From Elusimicrobiota bacterium (GTDB taxonomy: Bacteria > Elusimicrobiota > Elusimicrobia > UBA1565 > JACRDR01): a DNA stretch of 64,000 bases. Under the pieces are notes generated by a model. That model was not told the origin of the DNA, did not search any database, and saw only the letters and a program-made list of their open reading frames with translations. The stretch lies in the NCBI GenBank assembly GCA_041694815.1, contig JBGFSC010000047.1, positions 23,362-87,361 on the forward strand. Reading direction: 5' to 3'. Within the stretch, counting starts at the first letter, position 1. Every line of letters starts with the position of its first letter. This document shows positions 18,892-27,161 of the stretch, piece after piece. A program made the translations under genes and the position numbers.

Positions 18892-19142
18892 ATAATGCCC
18901 GCTTTGGACGGGCGATTTTGAGGCGAGGCAAGGAGCGAGGAGCGCCACGTACCTGGAAGGTACGCAAGCGACGAGCGACGCAGCCGCAGCCCAAAAGCGA
19001 CCGAATACCGGCCTGAGCCCATCTTTGGCCGGCCGCGTCGTTGCGCCTCGCTCACAGGCCTACAGGCCTGCTCGCTCGGCGCGCCTAGCGGCCGTCTCAA
19101 AGCTAGGCTCCCAAAGCGAGCATTATATGTCGGTCGCAGCAC
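18876..19142. repeat. 32-bp inverted repeats (1 mismatch) flanking a 203-bp segment; invertible-promoter-like element or MITE
   Basis: left arm 18876-18907 (GTGCTGCGACCGACATATAATGCCCGCTTTGG) and right arm 19111-19142 are reverse complements except one C/T. Each arm carries a TATAAT box and an ATGTCGGTCGCAGC start segment. Confidence 0.75.
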
Positions 19143-19185
19143 AGTGCGAGTGTACATTATTTTATAGAATCAGGCGGCCCCCTCC

Positions 19186-20088
19186 ATGCCCCGAGACCTC
19201 GAATTCGTGCCCCCTGATAATTTGCTCGAGCATTTCCGCTCCTTCGGCAGGGGATTGGCCGTCACCCGCGGGGTCTACGAGCTGCGCAACCGGCACCAGG
19301 CCCAGGACCTGGCCTGGAACCACATGGACCAGATGCATCGCCCGCTGGTGCACAACACCTATCTGGAGGCCTCGCGCATCGCCCGCGGCAGGAATTTCGC
19401 CCTGTCATTGACGAAAATGACCCCCTTTTCTTTGCTCGTGCCGGTAATGGACGTGCAATTGGGCCCCGACTTATTCTACCAGTCCTTCACGCTGTTTAGC
19501 CTCGTGCACGTGCTCTGCCTCAACCGGATGGTTCCCGAGCCGGATGGGCGCTGCCTGCAGCGCACCGAGTGGTACATCACCTCGCATTGGCTGTTTAAGT
19601 TCCTGCACCCCCTCGTCCATCGCCGCTTCAGGAGGCTCGTCGAGTTCCAGAACGCCCAGGACATCCCGATCCGCGACCGGCGCCAGCAGCTGCGCGAGCG
19701 CGGCTATCGCTTCGGCAGCGACGACCCGGATTATCTGAGCTCCAACAGCCTGGAGCTGGCCGTGCGGCCGCCGCGGCTGGAGGGGACGCACCGCATCGAC
19801 GTGAGCGCGGTCGGCGCGGCGCTGGAGCAGAAAATGGCGGGGCCGATCGAGCTCCTGATCCGGCGCTCGGGCGGGACCGTCGAGGTCTGGCCCGGGGTCT
19901 GCCCGCATGAGGGAGGGCCGCTGCTCTGCGGCAAGCTGGAGGCCGGCCGGATCGAATGCCCTTGGCATGGATTGAATTTTTCCGGGGTTTCGCTTACCCC
20001 CTCCAAGCCCGACGGCCGGCTCGGCGAGCTGGCACTGACGCTCGAAGGCGAGTCGCTGCGCGTGCAGGCGGCATCATCAGCCGGGTGA
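19186..20088 (+). CDS. Rieske [2Fe-2S] domain protein with uncharacterised ~230-aa N-terminal domain
   Basis: C-terminal CPHEGGPLLCGKLEAGRIECPWHG (CxH-x16-CxxH); in-frame TAG at 19165 fixes the start at 19186; N-terminal domain contains an H-x4-H (NHMDQMH) patch. Confidence 0.6.
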   Translation: MPRDLEFVPPDNLLEHFRSFGRGLAVTRGVYELRNRHQAQDLAWNHMDQMHRPLVHNTYLEASRIARGRNFALSLTKMTPFSLLVPVMDVQLGPDLFYQSFTLFSLVHVLCLNRMVPEPDGRCLQRTEWYITSHWLFKFLHPLVHRRFRRLVEFQNAQDIPIRDRRQQLRERGYRFGSDDPDYLSSNSLELAVRPPRLEGTHRIDVSAVGAALEQKMAGPIELLIRRSGGTVEVWPGVCPHEGGPLLCGKLEAGRIECPWHGLNFSGVSLTPSKPDGRLGELALTLEGESLRVQAASSAG

Positions 20089-20121
20089 CGCCGGCCAAAG
20101 GCATTTGCTAACATTTTAGTA

Positions 20122-21012
20122 GTGAGCGCGCTGGAAATTAGCGCCATCGTCCCGGCCTACAATGAGCAGGGCGCTGTCGGCCCGGTCGTCTCCGGCCTCT
20201 CGGAGCTGTTGCGCAAGCATGCCGCGCGCTTCGAGATCATCGCCGTCGACGACGGCTCCACCGACTCCACCGCCGAGGCCGCCGAGAAGGCCGGGGCCGT
20301 CGTCCTCCGCCATCCCGTCAACCGCGGCTACGGCCGATCGCTTCTGACCGGCATCGAAAAAGCCCGCTATGAGTGGATACTCATCATCGACGGGGACGGC
20401 AGCTACCCCCCCGAGGAGGCCGAGCGCCTGCTCCCCAAGGCCCCGGCCTGCGACCTTATCATCGGCAAGCGGGAAGGAAAGTTCTTTTGGGGGAACCCCC
20501 TTCAGGCCTTCATGCGCTGGTGCTACCTCGCGATGGCGGGCTTCGTCACGGGCGAGAGCATCCCGGACGCCAATTCGGGGATGCGGCTCTTTCGAAAAAG
20601 CTCCTTGGACCGTTCCATGCCCTTCGTCTGCCTCGGCTACTCCTTTACCACCACCATGACGCTCTCCTTCATCGCCGCCGGACGCTTCGTCGCCTATGTT
20701 CCCATCCGCTTCGTCGAGCGCCGCGGCCACTCGAAGGTCAAGCCCCCGCGCGACATCCTACGCACGCTGCAGATCATGACGCAGATGCTGCTCTACTACA
20801 ACCCACTGAAGCTGGCCGTCAGCCTGTCGGCCGGCTCGGCGGTGGCTGCGCTCGCCATCTTCCTCTTCCTCAGCCCGCGCTGGGGCATCCATTCCGCCTT
20901 CTTTGCCGCCTGCGTGCCGGCCTCCCTCGCCGTGCTGATCTTTTTGGCCGGCTGCCTGATGGATGCCGTGCGCATGCATTTTCAGGCGCGCAACGGCGGC
21001 TACAAGATTTGA
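20122..21012 (+). CDS. GT2 glycosyltransferase, DPM1/ArnC-like with C-terminal TM anchor
   Basis: IVPAYNEQ, IIAVDDGSTDST, DGDGSYPP motifs; two C-terminal TM helices typical of ArnC/GtrB; GTG start. Confidence 0.75.
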   Translation: MSALEISAIVPAYNEQGAVGPVVSGLSELLRKHAARFEIIAVDDGSTDSTAEAAEKAGAVVLRHPVNRGYGRSLLTGIEKARYEWILIIDGDGSYPPEEAERLLPKAPACDLIIGKREGKFFWGNPLQAFMRWCYLAMAGFVTGESIPDANSGMRLFRKSSLDRSMPFVCLGYSFTTTMTLSFIAAGRFVAYVPIRFVERRGHSKVKPPRDILRTLQIMTQMLLYYNPLKLAVSLSAGSAVAALAIFLFLSPRWGIHSAFFAACVPASLAVLIFLAGCLMDAVRMHFQARNGGYKI

Positions 21013-22784
21013 TGCACTGGCCGTTCTACTTACTTGCCTTGGCGATAGCGGCCTTCTCCCTTTTCCTTTCGCCGGAAACGCTGGCCCGACAGTTCAGCCA
21101 GGACTCAAGCCTCGCCGGCTATGTCGTCTTCCGGCTGGGTGTCGCCCGCGCGCTCGGGGGACTGCTCGCCGTCTTACTGGCCGCTTGGGGATCGCTCGAC
21201 GCGCAGCGTCGGGTTCTCTGGCGGGCCCGCTGGGCGAGCTGGAGCCGGCACCCCGCGCTGGCCGCGCCGATACTCGCGGCCGCCGCGGCGCTGCTTTGGA
21301 CCGAAAACCATATTTTCGAGTCGGAAAGCTGCGCGGAGGGATTTCTGACCGTCGGGGCGTGGCGCATGGCCGCCGGAGATTTTCCCTACCGCGACTTCTT
21401 CGTGTTCATCCCGCCGGCCGGGCTCGCCTATCTCGGGGCCGCCTTCAAGCTGTTCGGGCCGTCGCTGGAGGTGGGCCGCCTCTTCGTCAACCTGATCCCC
21501 AAGCTCCTGATCGTGATCGTGCTCTGGCGGCTGGCCAAGCCGTATTTCTCGCCCTTGACGGCCCTGCTCCTGGGCTGCTTCAGCCTGATGTACACCAGCG
21601 GCAACGGCGACAACGCCCAGATCTACAACGGAGCCCTCTCGATGCTCCCCGCCTTCGCGACGCTGCCCCTGCTCGACCGGTTCGCCCGAAGCGGGAACGC
21701 GGCGCTCCTGCGCTGGGCCGGCGCGGCGGCGGCGGCAGCCGCGCTCGTGCGACAGGATTTCGGGGCCTTGGCCCTCGGCGCGAACCTCTCCTTCCTGCTG
21801 TGGCTTCCCGACGGCCGCAAGATCCGGCCACTGGCGAATTACCTGCTCCCGTGGGCCGGGGTCCTGGCCGCGGCCGGCCTGATCCTGCTCCTCACGGTTC
21901 CCTTCGACCGGCTCTACGAATGCTTCGTCCGCGCGCCGTACGAGTACATGCATTACAGCGGGATCGGGCGCCCCGCCTCCTTCCACGGGATTTATCTCAT
22001 CCCTTTCGCCGGCGTGGATCTCAAGGCCATCTCCTGGAAGGCGCTCGCCGCCAACGCCTGGATCTACCAGTCGAAGCTGCTGCTCTGCTACATCGCGATA
22101 CTAGGCGGATCGTGGTTTTTGCTCCGCCGGAAGGACGAGGCGCGGCGGCCCTCGGTGGCCCTGCTGGCGCTTTGGTGCATCTTCTTCATGGGCATCGTCT
22201 ATAAGCAGAGCTCCAATATCTACATCGGGGTGGCCCCCGCCGCCGTCATTCTGGCGGCGCTGCTCATCCGCCGCCCCTTGCCGGCCCTGCTTTTGGCCGC
22301 CCACGGCCTGACCCTTCTCTTCTTCCGGCCCTTCTCGGCGCCGGAGGGCTCGGTCTGGGCCGAGCTGGCCGTGGGTCGCTTCCGCTTCCCCGACCCGCTG
22401 GAGGGCCGAGAGATGATACGGCTCATCACACATGCCCAATCCATCGTACAGCCCTCCGAGCCCGTCTACATCCACAACAAGGAGCGCATGTGCAGCGACA
22501 CGCTGCTCTACTTCCTCGTTTCCCGCCGCCCGGCCACCCGCTACCACGAGTTCCTTAACGCCTACGCCCGCAAGCCCGAGATCCGCTCGCAGATCGAGGC
22601 CGAGCTCGAGAGCCGGCGTGCGCCGGCGGTCATCGAGCGGCTGCTCCCGCCGGACCTGTCGGAGACGCCGGGGGTAAGCATCGCGCAGGCGAAACAGCGC
22701 GACTCCTTGGACCAATACATCCTAGACCATTACCGCAGCGTCGGACGCTATGGCTCCTATATCCTATGGCAAAGACGGCGCTGA
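21012..22784 (+). CDS. polytopic membrane protein, putative GT-C glycosyltransferase
   Basis: 590 aa from ATG 21012 (TGATG overlap with the upstream stop). The ORF-track 20373 start is an out-of-context extension. Many TM helices. Confidence 0.4.
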   Translation: MHWPFYLLALAIAAFSLFLSPETLARQFSQDSSLAGYVVFRLGVARALGGLLAVLLAAWGSLDAQRRVLWRARWASWSRHPALAAPILAAAAALLWTENHIFESESCAEGFLTVGAWRMAAGDFPYRDFFVFIPPAGLAYLGAAFKLFGPSLEVGRLFVNLIPKLLIVIVLWRLAKPYFSPLTALLLGCFSLMYTSGNGDNAQIYNGALSMLPAFATLPLLDRFARSGNAALLRWAGAAAAAAALVRQDFGALALGANLSFLLWLPDGRKIRPLANYLLPWAGVLAAAGLILLLTVPFDRLYECFVRAPYEYMHYSGIGRPASFHGIYLIPFAGVDLKAISWKALAANAWIYQSKLLLCYIAILGGSWFLLRRKDEARRPSVALLALWCIFFMGIVYKQSSNIYIGVAPAAVILAALLIRRPLPALLLAAHGLTLLFFRPFSAPEGSVWAELAVGRFRFPDPLEGREMIRLITHAQSIVQPSEPVYIHNKERMCSDTLLYFLVSRRPATRYHEFLNAYARKPEIRSQIEAELESRRAPAVIERLLPPDLSETPGVSIAQAKQRDSLDQYILDHYRSVGRYGSYILWQRRR

Positions 22785-23788
22785 AGCTCCGCTCGTATTT
22801 CTCCGGAAAACGCACGCTCGTTACCGGCGGCACCGGCATGATCGGCCGCGCCCTCGTGGCACGGCTCGTCGATGCCGGCGCCAAGGTGCGCATCGCCTCG
22901 CTCGACGATCCCTCGCGGGCGCATCCCAAGGCCGAATTCCTCAAGGCGGACCTGACCCGCTTCGAGGAGTGCCGCCGGGCCTGCAAAGGTATCGAGCTGG
23001 TCTTCCATCTGGCCGGCGTCAAAGGCTCGCCCTTAATGACCTCTAAGAAACCGGCGAGCTTCTTCGTGCCCACCATCTCCTTCAACACGAACATGATGGA
23101 GGCAGCGCGGCAATGCGGCGCCGCTAAATACCTCTACACGAGCTCGATCGGGGTCTACGCGCCCGCGCCCGTCTTTCGGGAAGACGACGTCTGGAAGACC
23201 TTTCCCTCCGACAACGACAAGTTCGCCGGCTGGGCCAAGCGCATGGGCGAGCTTCAGGCTGATGCCTACCGGATCGAATATGGCTGGCAGGGGGTCGAGA
23301 TCGTCCGGCCCGCCAATGTCTACGGCCCCTACGACAATTTCGACCCGGACAACGCGATGGTGATTCCGTCCTTGATCCGCCGCGCGCTCGATGGCGAGGA
23401 TCCCCTAACGGTCTGGGGGGACGGCTCGACGGTGCGCGACTTCATCCATGCCGAGGACGTCGCCCGCGGCATGATGCTGGTGATGGAGAAAGGGCTAGGC
23501 AAACCCGTCAATCTCGGCAGCGGCGAGGGCGTGAGCATCCGGCGCCTGGTGGAGATCATCGTCTCGCGGCTCAAGCGGAAGCCGCGCGTGGTCTGGGACA
23601 GCTCCCGGCCCGCCGGCGACCGCACGCGGCTCATGGACATCTCGCGCGCCAAGGCCCTGGGGTTTGAGCCGCGCGTGCCCATAGAGGAGGGCGTCGCGCA
23701 GGTCATGGACTGGTACGCCGGCAACCGCAAGGCGGCGCTCAAGCGCTATAACGTCTTCACGGAGAAGTCGCCCATCCCCGAACATTGA
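22766..23788 (+). CDS. GDP-L-fucose synthase-like SDR (nucleotide-sugar 3,5-epimerase/4-reductase)
   Basis: VTGGTGMIG Rossmann; NVYGPYDNFDPDNAMVIPSLIRR and VWGDGSTVRDFIHAEDVA blocks match Fcl/WcaG as recalled. Confidence 0.65.
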   Translation: MAKTALKLRSYFSGKRTLVTGGTGMIGRALVARLVDAGAKVRIASLDDPSRAHPKAEFLKADLTRFEECRRACKGIELVFHLAGVKGSPLMTSKKPASFFVPTISFNTNMMEAARQCGAAKYLYTSSIGVYAPAPVFREDDVWKTFPSDNDKFAGWAKRMGELQADAYRIEYGWQGVEIVRPANVYGPYDNFDPDNAMVIPSLIRRALDGEDPLTVWGDGSTVRDFIHAEDVARGMMLVMEKGLGKPVNLGSGEGVSIRRLVEIIVSRLKRKPRVVWDSSRPAGDRTRLMDISRAKALGFEPRVPIEEGVAQVMDWYAGNRKAALKRYNVFTEKSPIPEH

Positions 23789-24546
23789 TGCGACTGCTCG
23801 TGACCGGCGCCGGCGGCGGGCTGGGCCGTTTTCTATTCGAGCGCCTGGGCGGCCTGGGGCTGACCCGGCAAAACGCCGCCTCCCTGCTGCCGCGGCTTAG
23901 GCGTTCGGGGGTCGGCACCATCCTCCACTGCGCGGCAAGCCCCGCGCGGCAGGCTCGGGCCAAGCCCTTGCGCGAGTTCTTGGATGACAACCTTTTCCTG
24001 ACCCGGCGCCTGCTCGAGCTGCCTCATCGCAAATTCGTCTATATCTCGACGGTGGACGTCTACCCCAAGAGCGGCTCCAGGCACGCGGAGTCGGATCCGA
24101 TACGCCCCGACAAGGTCGAGGGGCTCTATGCCATGACGAAATGGCTTTCGGAACGGCTGGTCCAAGACCGCGGCCGCGGCCCGCTCATCCTGCGCCCAAG
24201 CTCGCTGTTAGGCGAGCACGCGCGGCCGAACAGCCTTTCGCGCCTGCTCGATGGCGGGCTCGTCCGCCTAAGCGCCTCTGGCGATTCGCGCTTCAACTGC
24301 GTTCGACACGAGGACCTGCTCGAATTCCTGCGCATCGCGCTGCGCCGGGACCTCAGGGGGATATACAATCTGGCCTCCTCCTCGGATATTACGCTTCTCC
24401 GGACGGCTCGAAGCCTCGGCGCCAAGGCCATTTTCGGACGCCATCGTTATCGGGTCCCCCGAGTCGACAACCGCAAGGCCGCCGCGCTATGGCCGGCCTT
24501 CCAACTCGGCTCGCTCGAGACCCTGCGCCGGAGCAAAAAAGTATAA
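23785..24546 (+). CDS. short SDR-family NAD(P)-binding reductase
   Basis: VTGAGGGLG and YAMTKWLSE (YxxxK); shorter than typical epimerases. Confidence 0.45.
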   Translation: MMRLLVTGAGGGLGRFLFERLGGLGLTRQNAASLLPRLRRSGVGTILHCAASPARQARAKPLREFLDDNLFLTRRLLELPHRKFVYISTVDVYPKSGSRHAESDPIRPDKVEGLYAMTKWLSERLVQDRGRGPLILRPSSLLGEHARPNSLSRLLDGGLVRLSASGDSRFNCVRHEDLLEFLRIALRRDLRGIYNLASSSDITLLRTARSLGAKAIFGRHRYRVPRVDNRKAAALWPAFQLGSLETLRRSKKV

Positions 24547-24556
24547 TGAAAACGTC

Positions 24557-25222
24557 ATGAAAACGACATTGCTCATGCCGATTTTAAACGAGATCCACGG
24601 CATGAGGGCGGTGATGCCGCGCGTGCGCCGGGAATGGGTCGACGAGATGCTCGTCATCGACGGCGGCTCCACCGACGGCAGCCTCGAATACGCCCAAGAG
24701 CTCGGCTGCCGCGTGCTGCGCCAGAAGACCCCGGGCATCACCTACGCCTACCAGGAGGGTGTGGCCGCGGCGTCGGGGGAGGTGATCGTGGCCTTCTCCC
24801 CGGACGGAAACTCGGTTCCCGAGCGTATCCCGGAGCTGCTCGCCAAGATGCGCGAGGGCTACGACATGGTGATCGTCTCGCGCTACTTGGACGGCGCCAA
24901 GAGCGAGGACGATGACTGTGTCACCGCCATTGGCAACCGGATATTCACGGCCGCCATCAATTGGACCTTCGGAGGCCGCTACACCGATTGCTTGGTGATG
25001 TTCCGCGCCTTCCGCAAGGACGCGGTGGGCGATTTCCCCTCCGGCATTCCCCGGGCGGGACTAGAGCCATTGCTGGCGATCCGCTGCGCTAAGGCCAAGA
25101 GGCGGGTCGCCGAAATACCAGGCGACGAACCCAAGCGCATCGGCGGGCAGCGGAAGATGAGCCCCGTGCTCAACGGCATCGACATCATCCGCCTCATCGC
25201 GCGGGAGTATTTTTCGAGATGA
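24557..25222 (+). CDS. GT2 glycosyltransferase (soluble, DPM/GtrB-like catalytic domain)
   Basis: LMPILNE, LVIDGGSTDGS, SPDGNSVPE motifs. Confidence 0.6.
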   Translation: MKTTLLMPILNEIHGMRAVMPRVRREWVDEMLVIDGGSTDGSLEYAQELGCRVLRQKTPGITYAYQEGVAAASGEVIVAFSPDGNSVPERIPELLAKMREGYDMVIVSRYLDGAKSEDDDCVTAIGNRIFTAAINWTFGGRYTDCLVMFRAFRKDAVGDFPSGIPRAGLEPLLAIRCAKAKRRVAEIPGDEPKRIGGQRKMSPVLNGIDIIRLIAREYFSR

Positions 25223-26187
25223 GCTCTAAACCCTGGCTGCTCATCACGGGCGCCGCCGGCTTCATCGGCAGGAATCTCCTGGAGCGCTTCGCCAAGAACC
25301 CAGCCTACTCGGTCGCGGCCGTCTGGCATCAGTCGCCGCGGCCCCGGGAGCTCATCGGCGACCCCCGAATACGCTGGATACGCGCCGACCTGACGCAGCC
25401 GGCGCAGGTACGCGATGCCGTCTCGGGCGCGGACATCGTGCTGCACGCCGCCGCCACTACCTCGGGCTCCAAGGATATCGTCGAGCGGCCCAGCCGGCAC
25501 GTCACCGACAACGCCGTGATGAACTCCCTGTTGTTTCGGGCTTGCCACGAGCAGAAGGTCAAGCACGCGGTGTTCTTTAGCTGCAGCGTCATGTACTCCC
25601 CGCAGGACAAGCCGGTACGCGAGAGCGATTTCCGCTACGAGATCACCGCGCCTTATTTCGGCGTCGGCTGGACGAAGGTGTACTCGGAGAAGATGTGCGA
25701 GTTCTATTCCAGGCTCGGCACGACGCGCTTTACGGCGATCCGGCATTCGAATATCTACGGCCCTCACGATAAATACGACTTGGAGAAGTCCCATGTCTTC
25801 GGCGCCACGCTCGCCAAGGTGATGTCGGCCGAGCGCGAAATCGTCGTGTGGGGAGAAGGGACGGAGGAGCGCGACCTGCTGCATGTCGACGACCTGGCCG
25901 ACTTCGTTGAGAAACTCGTCACCCTCCAGAAGGAGCCCTTCGAGCTCATCAATGTGGGTTCGGGCCGCTCTGTCGCCGTTCGCGACCTAGCCGCCAAGAT
26001 CATCGAGCTCTCGGGACGCAAGCTCGAGATGCGCTTCGACCGCTCCAAGCCGAGCATTCCCTTCAAGCTGGCCTTGGATTCGGGGCGCGCCAAGAAGGTC
26101 TACGGCTGGTCACCGTCGGTGTCCCTAGAGGAGGGCATTCGCCGCAGCCTCCAGTGGTACCGGGAGCATGTGGGGGCCGCCGCATGA
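25219..26187 (+). CDS. GDP-fucose-synthase-like SDR epimerase/reductase (second copy)
   Basis: ITGAAGFIG; NIYGPHDKYDLEKSHVFGATLAKV; VWGEGTEERDLLHVDDLADF. Confidence 0.6.
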   Translation: MSSKPWLLITGAAGFIGRNLLERFAKNPAYSVAAVWHQSPRPRELIGDPRIRWIRADLTQPAQVRDAVSGADIVLHAAATTSGSKDIVERPSRHVTDNAVMNSLLFRACHEQKVKHAVFFSCSVMYSPQDKPVRESDFRYEITAPYFGVGWTKVYSEKMCEFYSRLGTTRFTAIRHSNIYGPHDKYDLEKSHVFGATLAKVMSAEREIVVWGEGTEERDLLHVDDLADFVEKLVTLQKEPFELINVGSGRSVAVRDLAAKIIELSGRKLEMRFDRSKPSIPFKLALDSGRAKKVYGWSPSVSLEEGIRRSLQWYREHVGAAA

Positions 26188-27161
26188 GCGCCAAGGCCGA
26201 CCGCGAGCTGCTCGGCAAGCTCTACCGGCTCATGCTCGGCATACGGCTCGCCGAGGAAAAGATCGTCGAGCTCTACCCCACCGACAAGATCCAGAGCCCG
26301 ATACACCTGTCCATCGGCCAGGAGGCGGTCTCGGCAGGCCTCGCCTTGGCGATGGGCGAGGCGGACAGGCTCTACGGGACCTACCGGGGCCACGGCCCCT
26401 ATATCGCGCTCGGGGGCGATCTCAAGAAGCTGTTCGCGGAGCTCTACGGCAAGGACACGGGCTGCGCCCGCGGCAAGGGAGGCTCCATGCACCTGGTAGC
26501 TCCCGAGGCTGGGCTCATGGGCTGCTCGGCCATCGTCGCGAGCACCATCCCCATCGCCACCGGCCACGCCCTGGCCTCCCAGATGCGCGGCCGGCGCTAC
26601 GCGGTGCTCTCCCTCTTCGGCGACGGCGGCGTCGACGAAGGCGTATTCTTCGAGAGCGTCAACTTCGCCGTGCTCAAGAACCTCCCCATTGTCTACGTGC
26701 TCGAGAACAACCGCTACGCGATCCATTCGACGGTTCCGGACCGGCACAAGCAGACCGAGCTTTTCCGCATCGCCGAGGGGCTGGGGCTTCGGGGAGAGCG
26801 CTTCGACGGCAACGACGCCTCGAATGTCTACGCCACGGCCAAGCGGGCGATCGACGCGGTGCGCGCGGGCTCGGTCCCGGCGCTGCTCGAGTACACGACC
26901 TACCGCTGGAGGGAGCATGTGGGCTCGCAGGAGGACTATGCGGCCGCCTACCGCGCCCCCGGCGAACGCGAGGAGGCGCTGGCCCACGACCCGCTCCAGA
27001 TAACCCGGAAGGCCTTGATCGAGGCGGGCGCCAGCCCGGTAGAGCTCGACGGGTGGCGCTCGCAGGTTCTCCAAGAAGTCGAGGAGGCCGTGCGCTTCGC
27101 CGAGCAAAGCCCCAGCCCCGCGCCCGGCCGACTTCTGGCCGACGTGTACGCCTCCCGATGA
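26184..27161 (+). CDS. ThDP-dependent dehydrogenase E1 component, alpha subunit (pyruvate/acetoin dehydrogenase type)
   Basis: GDGGVDEGVFFESVNFA ThDP-binding motif; YRGHG, GKGGSMHL. Confidence 0.8.
   Translation: MSAKADRELLGKLYRLMLGIRLAEEKIVELYPTDKIQSPIHLSIGQEAVSAGLALAMGEADRLYGTYRGHGPYIALGGDLKKLFAELYGKDTGCARGKGGSMHLVAPEAGLMGCSAIVASTIPIATGHALASQMRGRRYAVLSLFGDGGVDEGVFFESVNFAVLKNLPIVYVLENNRYAIHSTVPDRHKQTELFRIAEGLGLRGERFDGNDASNVYATAKRAIDAVRAGSVPALLEYTTYRWREHVGSQEDYAAAYRAPGEREEALAHDPLQITRKALIEAGASPVELDGWRSQVLQEVEEAVRFAEQSPSPAPGRLLADVYASR

Noticed and set aside
18893-18948. Longer GT2 start at 18948 ([19 protein letters not shown]...)
   Set aside because: GT2 enzymes normally begin ~10 residues before the xPAYNE motif. 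The extension runs through the inverted-repeat arm and TATAAT box. The ATG at 18891 is duplicated in the opposite arm, consistent with being the functional start.
19025-19411. 128-aa plus-strand ORF containing the right IR arm ATG (MSVAAQCECTLFY...)
   Set aside because: Low-complexity Pro/Ser/Thr/Arg-rich translation. Overlaps the well-formed Rieske gene in another frame. The ATG is explained as part of the duplicated inverted-repeat arm.
20373-21011. Upstream extension of the 803-aa ORF 20373-22784
   Set aside because: Overlaps the GT2 gene 20122-21012 in another frame with an Arg/Pro-rich low-complexity translation. The membrane protein starts at ATG 21012.
26168-27157. N-terminal 330 residues of the 673-aa ORF 26168-28189
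   Set aside because: This is the E1-beta frame read backwards through the E1-alpha gene in a different frame. E1-alpha motifs are in the 26184 frame, and E1-beta starts at ATG 27158 with an ATGA overlap.
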